Source: Escherichia coli (GTDB lineage: Bacteria > Pseudomonadota > Gammaproteobacteria > Enterobacterales > Enterobacteriaceae). Taken from it: a stretch of 64,000 bases of DNA. How positions within the stretch are numbered: position 1 is the first letter of the stretch; each line of letters starts with the position of its first letter. This document shows, one piece after another, positions 17,708 to 27,919 of this stretch. The position numbers and the translations under genes are program-made. Location: NCBI RefSeq assembly GCF_013315695.1, contig NZ_CP054353.1. One strand, written 5' to 3'. The notes beneath the pieces were generated by a model. It worked only from the letters and a program-made list of their open reading frames with translations. It searched no databases and was not told the DNA's origin.

Positions 17708-18038
17708 CCGAATTGAGGGGTGGAAGGCAGGTTGCTTTATTTGGGGTCGTATTGCGCGTGATACGCACGCAGTGAAGCCGGTTCTGAAAAAACCACACCG
17801 AAACAGAGTCAGAAAAACAGGCCGCCAGAATGCGTCTGGTTGAGTTTTACGGGGTCGGGATTAAATGCGGAAACATCACACCGCAGGCATGACGCGAAAA
17901 AGAGAAAAACCACAGCAAAACATAATGTTAAATGTTATTGATGAGTTGAGAAGCGAGAGGTGTATTGCGTTGACAGAGCTGGAGAGTCGGGGCATAAATT
18001 TTTTATGCCCCGGCGAAGCAGCCGACAAGCGAAGCGCG

Positions 18039-19082
18039 TCAGCTGGCGTTATCCTGAAGCAACGCATAGGGGTTAAAGCGCATTACCTCGCTTCCCAGCC
18101 ATTCATTGACATGCTTCATGGCCTCCATGACAGGTTGCAGCTCGTTGATGAAAAACACCCTCGCCGCTTTCTCAACGTCACCGAGCGCCGCGTTCCCGTC
18201 AGGCATTGCCCCCATCAGCTGAGGCGGTACACGGTGAGCCGCAAGGATATCGTCACGGGCGGTACCCTTGATGTTAAGGAATTCGTCCTTCGCGGTGATT
18301 TGCTGGAACGGCAGTATTTGCACACCATCCTTGCCGCCACCTGGCGCGTGCAGAAGGATATTGCGGAACGCCCCCTTGCCACGGGATTCCGTGAGGGTTT
18401 TCTTTACCGCCTCCACGCTTTCAGCGTTTGCCTGGGCGGCCCCGACATAGACAATGCACCCGGCATGTGAGCCGTTGTCATAGTAGAGCTTGCGGAACGT
18501 GTCCGCCGAGTTCGACAGGCTCACCGACAGCAGCCCACCGATATACTCCGGCATCCCGTAGATTTCCTGGTTGATATCAGGGTTCAGAACATGGCACACA
18601 GCCCCCTTCCGGAACGCGAATTCAGAACCATCATCATTGAGGTACCAGTACGTATCGAGATCACTGCCCCGCCGCGTGTATTTCGCCAGCGCCGGGCGGA
18701 GCGCAATGGGCTCACCGAACCTGTTACGGCGCACCTCAAGATAGGCATTACCGAACACAAACCAGTCGAGTGCAAACGCTGAAAACGCCTGGCGGGACAG
18801 GAGCGGATGAGGAACAAAGCACCCGTTCAGGGCGTTGCGCTTAAAATACAGGGCCGACTGGTGCCATGACGCACGACGGGAGGCGCGAGCAATGGCGTTC
18901 CAGTCCATGGGGGTGTCATAGTAGCGGCCATTATCGGCGCACGACATATTATCAAGAAGATCAAGACGGCTTGCTTCATAAGGACCGTCAAACGTGAAAG
19001 CACTGAGTGACGGCGCTGATTTCAGTGCATCGGCCAGTGAGCCCGTGCCGCGCTTTCCGGTGTATTTTTTACGTTTACTCAT
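18039..19082 (-). CDS. gpQ: Portal protein (P2 gpQ family)
   Basis: 347 aa, at the P2 Q position, transcribed together with the terminase. Confidence 0.9.
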   Translation of the reverse strand: MSKRKKYTGKRGTGSLADALKSAPSLSAFTFDGPYEASRLDLLDNMSCADNGRYYDTPMDWNAIARASRRASWHQSALYFKRNALNGCFVPHPLLSRQAFSAFALDWFVFGNAYLEVRRNRFGEPIALRPALAKYTRRGSDLDTYWYLNDDGSEFAFRKGAVCHVLNPDINQEIYGMPEYIGGLLSVSLSNSADTFRKLYYDNGSHAGCIVYVGAAQANAESVEAVKKTLTESRGKGAFRNILLHAPGGGKDGVQILPFQQITAKDEFLNIKGTARDDILAAHRVPPQLMGAMPDGNAALGDVEKAARVFFINELQPVMEAMKHVNEWLGSEVMRFNPYALLQDNAS

Positions 19083-19087
19083 TGTGT

Positions 19088-20821
19088 TCAGAACTCCATT
19101 GCAAAGCCACGATTATCCTCACGCTCTGCGCCGATTGGCTCATTGATAACAGCAAGCATGGTTGCCCAGGCGAGATCACCATGACTGACACCCCGGGAGC
19201 GGTCAGTGTCATAGGTGATATAGCCGCCGGGCGTCTGTATTTTTCGCACCGATGAAAATGCCTGTATCAGGTCGCGTTCGCTGCGGTCATACTCCCACCG
19301 TCCGGCGCGGACCACCTGAAGCATCTTCATGACCAGCGCCCGTTTGGACGCGATATTGAAGTTGTACGGAACAGCCAGGGGGAAGAGCTTTTTCACAATC
19401 TGATAAACCCCTTCGCCGTTACCACCGGTCACATCAATACCAATATGTTTCACGTTATATTTCTTCGTGTACTCCTCGATCAGGGCAGCTTGTTGTTCAA
19501 ACTCCATACCCTGAACCCTGACTGTCTCCACCGTGCGAAAACGCCCACCGGCAACAAGGGGTGGCACGCACACCGACAGCGCCCCGCAGTCCCCTTTCCC
19601 GCTGCTGCCGTTGGCATCATAGCCAAGCCAGACCTCCCGAACGCCCATCGGACGGGACGCAAAAGGTTTCCAGTCAGGCCATTCATCGTAACCATCCACG
19701 CCGCAGCCGATGAGCGCATTCAGGCTGAAGGCCGCCTCACCATCACGGACAAATTCGCACATGTACAGATTGCGAAATTCACTTTCTGTATTCTCATCGC
19801 GAATATCATCAATACTGGTGAACTGCCATCCGTTAGCGACAGCATCCTCGATAGTGACAATCTGCCGCCACGTTTTATCGGGAAAGAGCACGCCCCCCTT
19901 CAGGTGGGCATGTGAAACATCAAATTCATTGCGTTTTGAGCGCGGCCGCTCGCTGTTCCAGCGGTCCCCTGTCCAGAACTGATACGCCTCATGCGTCTCA
20001 CCTGACGGCGTAGAGAAGTAAGTGCGCGTAAGCCCTTTCAGCGTCGCCATTGCCCCGGCAACCTTCCTGAGGTTCACAAAGTTACTGACCCAGAAAAATT
20101 CGTCGAATTTCAGATGACCGGTATAGGACTGCGCGGTGGCAGCTGACGTACCGAGGAAGTGCAGCTCGGCACCGTTGGACAGCACAATTTTGTCGCCGCC
20201 TTTGAGCTCAACATCCACCTCCTGAGCAGCCTGCTGAATGAAATGCTTGAACTGATACGCCTGACGACGGGAGGCGGACAAAAATATCTGGTTGCGCTGA
20301 TACCCGGCGGAGACATCATCACGCAGTGCATCAAGGAGCGCCTCGCGCGCAAAATACCAGGTCGCACCAATCTGACGCGACTTCAGGATCATGCGGTTGC
20401 GGTGGTGGCGGTTTTCGTACCATTCGCGTTGATGCCAGGCCAGTGACGGCAGGATTTTTTCCCTGAGCGCAGCAATCTGTTCTTCGGTGAAGTGATTTTT
20501 CAGTCTGCGTTTACGGGGCTTTTTACCGGAAACGGCATGCTCTCCCTGACTGTCATTCAGTTTTTTCAGCTGGCGCGTGAGAAGGTCAATTTCCTTAAAA
20601 TCGCTGCCGCTTTTCTCTGTTTTTGTGGTGAGCTGGATGAGGCGCGCATCAATGGACTGGGTGACCCGCTGGATCGGGGGGGTGGCATCCCACTCATCGC
20701 GTTTTTTCCATGAGTAAATCGTGTTCTGGCTGATCCCCATCAGTTGCGAGATTTCCGCAGGCGTGTACCCTTGCCAGTAAAGTTGTCTCGCTCCTATGCG
20801 GACAAATGCATCCTGAATCAT
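19088..20821 (-). CDS. gpP: Terminase large (ATPase) subunit (P2 gpP family)
   Basis: 577 aa. The N-terminus ...LYWQGYTPAEISQLMGISQNTIYSWKKRDEWD is as in P2 P. Confidence 0.93.
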   Translation of the reverse strand: MIQDAFVRIGARQLYWQGYTPAEISQLMGISQNTIYSWKKRDEWDATPPIQRVTQSIDARLIQLTTKTEKSGSDFKEIDLLTRQLKKLNDSQGEHAVSGKKPRKRRLKNHFTEEQIAALREKILPSLAWHQREWYENRHHRNRMILKSRQIGATWYFAREALLDALRDDVSAGYQRNQIFLSASRRQAYQFKHFIQQAAQEVDVELKGGDKIVLSNGAELHFLGTSAATAQSYTGHLKFDEFFWVSNFVNLRKVAGAMATLKGLTRTYFSTPSGETHEAYQFWTGDRWNSERPRSKRNEFDVSHAHLKGGVLFPDKTWRQIVTIEDAVANGWQFTSIDDIRDENTESEFRNLYMCEFVRDGEAAFSLNALIGCGVDGYDEWPDWKPFASRPMGVREVWLGYDANGSSGKGDCGALSVCVPPLVAGGRFRTVETVRVQGMEFEQQAALIEEYTKKYNVKHIGIDVTGGNGEGVYQIVKKLFPLAVPYNFNIASKRALVMKMLQVVRAGRWEYDRSERDLIQAFSSVRKIQTPGGYITYDTDRSRGVSHGDLAWATMLAVINEPIGAEREDNRGFAMEF

Positions 20822-20887
20822 GCGCCCCCCTTCATTAGCTGAAACAAAGAGTAAACGCCCCGCCCTTTACCGGATATTCGGCGCCGT

Positions 20888-20905
20888 TGTAGCGGTGTTC
20901 TTACA
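20888..20905. promoter_or_regulatory. Ogr/Delta-type late activator box TGT-N12-ACA between the P and O operons
   Basis: tgtagcggtgttcttaca, with a -10-like CATGAT 44-49 bp to the right. Confidence 0.6.
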
Positions 20906-20977
20906 ACAACCCCGCCTTGAGATGCCATCCCCTCCCCCCGCATGATGGAATACACCATTCCGGAAAGGAGATTTTTC

Positions 20978-21814
20978 ATGGCATCCAAAAACGCGCCAGT
21001 ACGAAAAAAATTCCGCGTCGCCGTCTCGGGCACAACCATCGACGGACGTGAAATTTCAGGCCAGATGTTGCGTCAGGCCGCAGAGAACTACGACCCGGAC
21101 GTGTGGGGATCACGGGTGAACGTGGAGCATATGCTTTCACGAATGCCGTCCAGTGAATTCAGTGCTGTGGGGGATGTGATTTCACTCTCCACCAAAGAAA
21201 TCACGGAAGGCAAGCTGGCCGGTCGCACCGCACTGTATGCCGAAATAGAGCCAACCCACCGTATGACGGAGATGTTGCGAGACGGCAAGAAAATCTACTC
21301 AAGCATCGAGCTTGAACCCAACATTGATGCCGTTGGCGGACCTTACGTAACCGGCCTGGCAATGACCGACACCCCGGCAAGTCTCGGCACTGAACGACTG
21401 AAATTTGCCGCTCAACAGCGCGCCAGCATCATGCAGTTCAGCAACCGCGCCGGTGAAGTTGCCATGTTCACCGAATGCATGGAAGCGGAACTGGTGGCAT
21501 CCGTCCAGGACAGCAGCGAAGAAAGCCGGAAGTGGTTTTCGCGCGTCATGGCACTCATCAGCAAAACCCGTGACACGGACAGCGAGCAGTTCGCTCACGT
21601 GCGCGAAGCCGTCGAGAGCATTGCCACGGAACAGGCCGGCCTTCTGGATCGCTTCCATGCGATGGAAGAGCAACAGCGCAGTGATAAGGCATCAATGGAA
21701 GCCCTGACCCGCGAACTGACTGAACTGAAGGCGCAGCTGAAAACCGAAGACGCAGACAAGGAACAGCGCTTTGCTTCAACCGGTGGCAACAGCCACGCCC
21801 TGGCTGATTTTTAA
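20978..21814 (+). CDS. gpO: Capsid scaffold protein (P2 gpO family)
   Basis: Start MASKNAPVRKKFRVAVSGTTIDGREI with an aaggag SD. GLAMTDTPASLGTE is as in P2 O. Confidence 0.92.
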   Translation: MASKNAPVRKKFRVAVSGTTIDGREISGQMLRQAAENYDPDVWGSRVNVEHMLSRMPSSEFSAVGDVISLSTKEITEGKLAGRTALYAEIEPTHRMTEMLRDGKKIYSSIELEPNIDAVGGPYVTGLAMTDTPASLGTERLKFAAQQRASIMQFSNRAGEVAMFTECMEAELVASVQDSSEESRKWFSRVMALISKTRDTDSEQFAHVREAVESIATEQAGLLDRFHAMEEQQRSDKASMEALTRELTELKAQLKTEDADKEQRFASTGGNSHALADF

Positions 21815-21829
21815 CAGAGGAACAAAATC

Positions 21830-22924
21830 ATGGGAAACCGCTTAACGCTTTCTCGCGAAGGCCGCAGCAATCTTGAGGCCTATCTTGCACGCCAGGCAGA
21901 ACTGGCCGAAACCACCGTAGAACGACTGGGGAAAACCTTCAGCGTTGATCCGGCTGTTCATCAGAAGATGGAAAACGCCATCAAAGAGAGCGACGAGCTG
22001 CTGAAAAGAATCAACAGCATCGGAGTTGACGATCAGGAGGGTGAAAAAGTCCTGGTGAATACCAGCGGCCCCATCGCCAGCACCAACTCAACCAGTGACG
22101 GCGTGAAGCGACGCAATCCAGCTGACGTCTCTGATCTGGCATCACGTCGTTATCGCTGCGAACAGGTGAACTACGACACTTTCATCAGCTACGCACAGAT
22201 TGACGCGTGGAGCAGCCAGAAAAACTTCCAGCAACTGCTGAGTGCACAAATCACCCGACAGATTGCACTGGACCGTATCATGATTGGCTTTAACGGTGAG
22301 TCGCACGCCCTCATCTCCGATCGTTCTGCCAACCAGAAACTTCAGGACGTTAACACCGGGTGGCTGAAACACATCCGTGAACACGCCGCGACGCGTGTCG
22401 TGAAGGCAATGACGCTGACCCGTCGCGATCATGAAAACAAACTGGTTGCAAAAGGCGACTACGGCAACGCTGACGCGATGGTTAACGACATTCGCTCTTC
22501 CGTACTGGATGAGTGGCACAAGGACGCCCCGGATCTGGTTGTTGTCATGGGCCGCAACCTGTTCAACACGCTGCGTCTGCCTATGATTAACGCCATCAGC
22601 ACCACCAACCCGAACACGGAGCTGGTCGCTGGACAGCTGATTACAGCCTCCCGCACCATTGGCGCGCTGCCAACCTTCTTTGCGCCGTACTTCCCGGACG
22701 ATGCCATGCTGATCACGTCGTTCAGCAACCTTTCGGTGTACTTCCAGAAAGGGTCACTGCGTCGCTTCATCCGTGAAGAGCCGGAGTACAACCGCATCGC
22801 CACCTACCAGTCCATGAACGACTGCTACGTGGTGGAAGACTACGGCAAATGTGCGCTGATTGAGGGTATTTCTTTCGCCGGTGAAGATCCGGAAGACAAG
22901 GAAGAGCCAGAAGAACGGGCGTAA
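21830..22924 (+). CDS. gpN: Major capsid protein (P2 gpN family)
   Basis: 364 aa, in the position after the scaffold gene. Confidence 0.92.
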   Translation: MGNRLTLSREGRSNLEAYLARQAELAETTVERLGKTFSVDPAVHQKMENAIKESDELLKRINSIGVDDQEGEKVLVNTSGPIASTNSTSDGVKRRNPADVSDLASRRYRCEQVNYDTFISYAQIDAWSSQKNFQQLLSAQITRQIALDRIMIGFNGESHALISDRSANQKLQDVNTGWLKHIREHAATRVVKAMTLTRRDHENKLVAKGDYGNADAMVNDIRSSVLDEWHKDAPDLVVVMGRNLFNTLRLPMINAISTTNPNTELVAGQLITASRTIGALPTFFAPYFPDDAMLITSFSNLSVYFQKGSLRRFIREEPEYNRIATYQSMNDCYVVEDYGKCALIEGISFAGEDPEDKEEPEERA

Positions 22925-22973
22925 CGCATCATGGCGGGCACATGCGCCCGCCGGTTAATCAGGAGTCGAACAC

Positions 22974-23783
22974 ATGCTGACACCGGCACAACGATACCTT
23001 CAGCGCACGATGGCGCATCATAGGGCTGATCCATTCAATCGCGAAGAGCAGAGAACACGAACGGCACATGAACAGGTTCTTCACCAGTTACGCCTCGCAC
23101 AGTTGCAGCTGAAGGGCGTGCAGTCAAACATCGCGAAAGCGGAGCTGAAGAAGCACCTGATACCGAATTTTGAAGGCTGGATCGACGGCACACTGGCAGG
23201 CGACAGCGGACGCCAGGACGAAGTCATTACCACCATGATGGTGTGGGCCATTGACTGCCGGGATTATCCGCTGGCGCTGCGTATCGGTGAGTACGTTATT
23301 CGTCACCGGCTGGCACTGCCGGACAACTTCGGGCGCGATGCGGCGACCGTACTCACCGAAGAAATTGCCGAAGTTGTGCTGACAGAAGCCGCCACCAACA
23401 GCGAAACCGACTTATCCGGCTATATCCGTATGCTGGACGAGCTGGATGCACTGGTTCACGACCAGGACATGCCGGATCAGGTCCGTGCAAAACTGCATAA
23501 GGCGCGGGCATTTTCACGACGCGCATCAGGCAGCACGGAAGACCTGACTGTGTCGCTTGGTCTGCTGCGTGAAGCCATGCGCATCAATCCGGCTGCGGGC
23601 GTGAAACGTGAAATCGCCACGCTGGCCAGAAAAGTGTCAAAGGTTCAGCCGGAACAGGAAAAACCGGCAGAAGAGAAAAGTAAATCGAAAGCAACATCAG
23701 GGCGCAAAAAGCCGGCTACAAAAGCGACGGCCAGAAAAGCCACGAAAAAAACCGCCGCAAAAGCGGCGCGTAAGGCGACCTGA
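22974..23783 (+). CDS. gpM: Terminase small/endonuclease subunit (P2 gpM family)
   Basis: MLTPAQRYL... with a Lys-rich C-terminal tail, as in P2 M. Confidence 0.88.
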   Translation: MLTPAQRYLQRTMAHHRADPFNREEQRTRTAHEQVLHQLRLAQLQLKGVQSNIAKAELKKHLIPNFEGWIDGTLAGDSGRQDEVITTMMVWAIDCRDYPLALRIGEYVIRHRLALPDNFGRDAATVLTEEIAEVVLTEAATNSETDLSGYIRMLDELDALVHDQDMPDQVRAKLHKARAFSRRASGSTEDLTVSLGLLREAMRINPAAGVKREIATLARKVSKVQPEQEKPAEEKSKSKATSGRKKPATKATARKATKKTAAKAARKAT

Positions 23784-23891
23784 TAACACCGGACCCGACC
23801 TCGTCGGCAGGCGGCGCGACCGGTGATCTGATCGCTGACTCCCGGTCATTTTCACCAGTCGCCCACCGCCTGATCTACAGGAGAAGACACC

Positions 23892-24386
23892 ATGAGCATG
23901 GTAGCCAGACCCCGTGTGAACGACGCCACGGATGACACGACAGACACCGAAGACGGCGAAGCGCGCATCAGTACAGACGCGTTCTGGCCGGATATCGTGC
24001 TGAAGGAGCTGCGGCTTGCCATGCGTATCCCGGGGCGAACCACAACGTCACGTCTGCTGCATGCCGCCACCGAAGCTGTTGCTCATGTGACGGCAGAGCT
24101 TGACGCCTGGAAGCAGGAACAGGAGGCGGCGGGACGGTCGACACTGGCGGACGTTCCGGCAGCACACATCAACGGTGAGAGCGTGAACGTGCACCGGTAC
24201 CGCCGGGCGGTGTATGCACTGACCCGTGCGGGTGTTCTTGAGCGTTCCCGGGATGTGGACACCACCGACAAAGGTGATCGCCGTGCCGATGCCCTGGACA
24301 TGCAGATTGAAGATATGTGGCGCGATGCGCGATGGGCCATATCGGACATCCGGGGCGTGAAACGGATTTATGCGGAGCTGATTTAA
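23892..24386 (+). CDS. gpL: Head completion protein (P2 gpL family)
   Basis: LADVPAAHINGESV...WRDARWAIS resembles P2 L. Confidence 0.85.
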   Translation: MSMVARPRVNDATDDTTDTEDGEARISTDAFWPDIVLKELRLAMRIPGRTTTSRLLHAATEAVAHVTAELDAWKQEQEAAGRSTLADVPAAHINGESVNVHRYRRAVYALTRAGVLERSRDVDTTDKGDRRADALDMQIEDMWRDARWAISDIRGVKRIYAELI

Positions 24387-24586
24387 TGAAAGTGATAGCG
24401 CAGGATGGCGACACCGTTGATTTACTCTGCCAGCGTCATTACGGCATGACAAAAGGCGTGACGGAGCGCGTCCTGGCAGCCAATCCGGGGCTGAGCAGCA
24501 CCGTATTTCTGGCGACAGGTCAGGAAGTGGAGCTGCCGGAAATCACACAGGAAAAACAGCGCGAAACCGTTCAGTTGTGGGATTGA
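24386..24586 (+). CDS. gpX: Tail protein X (LysM-like)
   Basis: MKVIAQDGDTVDLLCQRHYG...VLAANPGL...VELP resembles P2 X. TAATG overlap with L. Confidence 0.88.
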   Translation: MKVIAQDGDTVDLLCQRHYGMTKGVTERVLAANPGLSSTVFLATGQEVELPEITQEKQRETVQLWD

Positions 24587-24588
24587 TT

Positions 24589-24879
24589 ATGTTTCAGAGA
24601 ATTTACGACCACATTACGTTTTTCACATCCGTCATGGTCACCGGTATAGGGGTTATGACGCTGAGCGAGAAGATGGCGCTGGCCGGGCTGATTCTGGGGG
24701 CTCTTTCTCTGCTGCGTGGATGGATGCACAGAACACGTATGGAGCAGGCACAGGAGCGCCGCAACGAGCTTATTGCACGCATAGCCGACCAGATGCAGCA
24801 ACGACCACTAAAAGGCAGCGAGAAACGCGCTCTGGAGGCGCTGAAAGCAGACGGAGATACTCATGGGAAACCAGGTTAA
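24589..24879 (+). CDS. Holin/pinholin-like 2-TM protein
   Basis: Two hydrophobic helices and a charged C-terminus, immediately before the endolysin gene. Confidence 0.65.
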   Translation: MFQRIYDHITFFTSVMVTGIGVMTLSEKMALAGLILGALSLLRGWMHRTRMEQAQERRNELIARIADQMQQRPLKGSEKRALEALKADGDTHGKPG

Positions 24880-25402
24880 ACGTTATACCGTTGCCGCCAT
24901 CGTGGCGCTGGGTTTTTCGCTGGCCCCCGGGGAACTGAGAACCTCACAGGAGGCACAGGAAAAAATAGCCACGTGGGAAGACTGCCGGGCCGTTCCGTAC
25001 AGGGATATCGCCGGGGTGAAAACCGTGGGCTGCGGCTCAACGGGAAACGTGCCCGACCGCCACCACACCCAACAGGAGGTTGCCGGTCGCTGGGTGAATG
25101 ATTTGCGACGGGCAGAGAACTGCATCAATCAGAACTTCAATGGCCGCGACATGCCACAGCGCCACTTCGAGGCAATGACGGATGCCGCCTTTAATCTGGG
25201 GTGCAAAGGTCTGATGTGGTTTAAGGGGCGTGACGGGAGAATGCACAGAACAACCATCTGGAAGTTCGCTCAGGGAAAGAACTGGAACGCAATGTGCGGC
25301 AGGCTGACGGATTTTGTGAACAGCGGCGGACGCTATTCACAGGGGCTGTTTAACCGACGGGACGACTTCCGGAAATGGTGTTCACAGGAGAACAAAACAT
25401 GA
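24863..25402 (+). CDS. GH24 lysozyme-type endolysin with an N-terminal signal-anchor (SAR-like)
   Basis: N-terminus YTVAAIVALGFSLAPG followed by WEDCRAVPYRDIAGVKTVGCGSTG (E-D-T catalytic pattern). Confidence 0.85.
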   Translation: MGNQVKRYTVAAIVALGFSLAPGELRTSQEAQEKIATWEDCRAVPYRDIAGVKTVGCGSTGNVPDRHHTQQEVAGRWVNDLRRAENCINQNFNGRDMPQRHFEAMTDAAFNLGCKGLMWFKGRDGRMHRTTIWKFAQGKNWNAMCGRLTDFVNSGGRYSQGLFNRRDDFRKWCSQENKT

Positions 25403-25842
25403 GAGTCACCGTCATCATTGTCTGGCTGGTTGTGACGCTTCTGTTATGTGGGCTGGTCGGCTGGGAAGCATACCGCAAGGGGCAGGAAAGTCTGGGGAGA
25501 CAACAAATGATGGATGTCATCGAGGACAACCGGGCCGCCATGCATGAAGTCCGCGAGGCATACAGCGATTTTTCGCGGGTGATTAACATCATCCGGATCC
25601 TGGACCAGCAACGCATCACCGAAGGAGAGCAACGACGTGAAGCTATGCAGAAGGCCGCACAGAATGATGCGTGTGCTGGCGCTCATCCTCCTGGCGCTGT
25701 CACTGAGCGGCTGCAACAGCACATCGCACACGTTGAAAACCAGACTCGTTTACGAGCCGGTGCCGGAAGTACTGACAAGGCAGACGCCGATCCCCTTTCT
25801 GGAGCGACCGGTGACCTGGTACCGGATAACCGAATGGAGTGA
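25399..25842 (+). CDS. i-spanin (Rz/LysB-like)
   Basis: N-terminal TM VIIVWLVVTLLLCGLVG plus a coiled-coil region. ATGA overlap with the endolysin stop. Confidence 0.75.
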   Translation: MRVTVIIVWLVVTLLLCGLVGWEAYRKGQESLGRQQMMDVIEDNRAAMHEVREAYSDFSRVINIIRILDQQRITEGEQRREAMQKAAQNDACAGAHPPGAVTERLQQHIAHVENQTRLRAGAGSTDKADADPLSGATGDLVPDNRME

Positions 25843-25948
25843 CCAGTTACTGGCTGCGCTGGATACATGCAACACAGACAAAGCCGCAATAGCCTGGCTG
25901 GACAAGCAGAGGGCAGAACGGGCGCAAGATGCACCCAATCAGGAGTAG
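25664..25948 (+). CDS. o-spanin lipoprotein (Rz1/LysC-like), partly embedded in the i-spanin gene
   Basis: Lipobox LLALSLSGC and a Pro-rich mature part. Confidence 0.7.
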   Translation: MMRVLALILLALSLSGCNSTSHTLKTRLVYEPVPEVLTRQTPIPFLERPVTWYRITEWSDQLLAALDTCNTDKAAIAWLDKQRAERAQDAPNQE

Positions 25949-25951
25949 ACG

Positions 25952-27889
25952 ATGAGCAAAAAACATTTTGAGTTGATTACCGCCATGAGCCGTACGGAGC
26001 TGGCTGAGAAAGTTAACGAACGTCTGGCGCTGGGCTGGCAGCTTCAGGGCGACGCACAGGTTGCGTCAGAGCCGGGCGTGCCGTGGTATTTGATGCAGGC
26101 CATGACCGGTGATCAGCCCGTCACCGACGAGCCGCAAATTGCTGTGGATGACGAAGGGAACACAATCAACGAACCGGAATACTACTTCGTCATTGCTCTG
26201 GCCGGGCAATCCAACGGCATGGCGTATGGCGAAGGTCTGCCGCTGCCTGAGACATACGATCGCCCCGATCAGCGCATTAAGCAACTGGCACGCCGCAGTA
26301 CTGTCACGCCGGGTGGTGCGTCCTGTAATTACAACGACATTATTCCTGCGGACCACTGCCTGCATGATGTTCAGGATTTGAGTAAGTTTTCACACCCGAA
26401 AGCCAGCGCAGCTCAGTATGGATGCGTGGGGCAGGGATTACATATCGCGAAGAAATTGTTGCCGTTTATTCCGGCGAATGCGGGCATTCTTCTGGTTCCG
26501 TGCTGTCGTGGTGGATCTGCGTTTACTACAGGGGGTGATGGCGCTTTCAGTGAAACAACCGGTGCAACAGAAGCATCGTCTCGTTGGGGGGTCGATAAAC
26601 CGTTATACAAGGATCTACTCACCCGAACAAAAGCCGCACTGAAAACCAACCCTAAAAACATTCTGCTTGCAGTGGTCTGGATGCAGGGCGAGTTTGACTT
26701 AAAACAAACAACGGCATATTCCAACCAGCCAGCGGCGTTTGATGCCATGGTGGCAAAATACCGCTCCGATCTGGCGGGCGTATCAGGTCAGTGCGTTGGT
26801 GGCTCTTCATCATCAGTACCCTGGATTTGTGGTGATACAACTTATTACTGGAAAGAGACATATCCAACCGAGTACGGTGTTGTCTATGGCGCATACAAAA
26901 ACAAGCAGGCTAAAAACATCTTCTTTGTGCCGTTTATGACGGATGAAAACGGTCAGAATGTTGGCACCAACGAGCCAGATGAAGATCCTGATATCACTGA
27001 AATCGACTATTACGGTTCTGGATGGCGCAAAGATAAAACCACATGGACAACGGCAGATCGTAAAACTCACTTTGGCTCATGGGCACGTCGGGGAATTATT
27101 TCAGATCGTCTTGCTACAGCAATAATTGAGCATGCAGGTAAAACGGAAGCACTTGTTTATGGCAGGGTAACGCTCAGTAAAGAGGAAGAGCGCCCGGAAG
27201 AGGAAGATGAACCCATTGTAAAACCCACAGCTGAACAGTCAGTTATACTTTACGACGCTAAAAATGCCTCAGATACCAATTTACAGGCGCTGAACTGGGA
27301 GTTGAAGGATGTCACCCCCTCTCTGATTCAGGAGGGAAGTAATAAGGCGTTGCGTCTTGAGAAAAGCAACAGTGCGAAACCATGGTCATTACTTCATAGT
27401 ATTGCAGCCGAAAAATCAGGACAACTTCTGGAAAAAGGCGGAGAAATTTCCGTTCGCTTCAAAATACCTGAAAACACCTCTCTTGATACAGGAAAAAATA
27501 AGTATGTGTTAGGGCTGTACTGGAAAATAGCGGGATGGCCAGGTGATGGCGGAGAAGGCTATCTGAGTTCTTTTCTTGTTCAGACAGATAAAGCAAACCT
27601 GGATGTTGTTTACCATTACAACAGTAATCAACTGAAAGATATTGGTACATTTGATGAGTTTGATCATGACTGGCATACGCTCGCATTCAGGTTTGAAGGC
27701 GGTAACAGCCTCAGCGTTACACCGGTGCTCGATGGTAAAGATGGTCAGGCGTTTGATCTTGTTAAGTGGACTAATTCAGCTAATGAGGCCAATAAGTTTA
27801 TTTTGACCGATATTACTGGCACAGCTGAAACGTATCCTGTCCTTATTGAGACAATCGAAGTTAAAGCAAACCAGGCAGCAGCGAAATAA
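25952..27889 (+). CDS. NanS-p-like sialate O-acetylesterase (DUF1737 + SASA/GQSN esterase + C-terminal lectin-like domain)
   Basis: 645 aa. N-terminal DUF1737-like MSKKHFELITAMSRTELAEKVNERLALGWQLQG, esterase block FVIALAGQSNGMAYGEG and VVWMQGEFD. Confidence 0.75.
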   Translation: MSKKHFELITAMSRTELAEKVNERLALGWQLQGDAQVASEPGVPWYLMQAMTGDQPVTDEPQIAVDDEGNTINEPEYYFVIALAGQSNGMAYGEGLPLPETYDRPDQRIKQLARRSTVTPGGASCNYNDIIPADHCLHDVQDLSKFSHPKASAAQYGCVGQGLHIAKKLLPFIPANAGILLVPCCRGGSAFTTGGDGAFSETTGATEASSRWGVDKPLYKDLLTRTKAALKTNPKNILLAVVWMQGEFDLKQTTAYSNQPAAFDAMVAKYRSDLAGVSGQCVGGSSSSVPWICGDTTYYWKETYPTEYGVVYGAYKNKQAKNIFFVPFMTDENGQNVGTNEPDEDPDITEIDYYGSGWRKDKTTWTTADRKTHFGSWARRGIISDRLATAIIEHAGKTEALVYGRVTLSKEEERPEEEDEPIVKPTAEQSVILYDAKNASDTNLQALNWELKDVTPSLIQEGSNKALRLEKSNSAKPWSLLHSIAAEKSGQLLEKGGEISVRFKIPENTSLDTGKNKYVLGLYWKIAGWPGDGGEGYLSSFLVQTDKANLDVVYHYNSNQLKDIGTFDEFDHDWHTLAFRFEGGNSLSVTPVLDGKDGQAFDLVKWTNSANEANKFILTDITGTAETYPVLIETIEVKANQAAAK

Positions 27890-27896
27890 TAAAAAA

Positions 27897-27919
27897 CCCC
27901 CTCCGGCATTCGGAGGGGG
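27897..27919. terminator. GC-rich hairpin after the esterase gene
   Basis: ccccctccg-gcatt-cggaggggg. The A6 run is upstream on the plus strand, so the T-tract is on the minus strand. Confidence 0.45.

Noticed and set aside
17865-18470. 201-aa plus-strand ORF overlapping cos and the portal gene.
   Set aside because: It is mostly antisense to the strongly supported portal gene (18039..19082). The upstream part lies in the cos/terminator region and has no SD.
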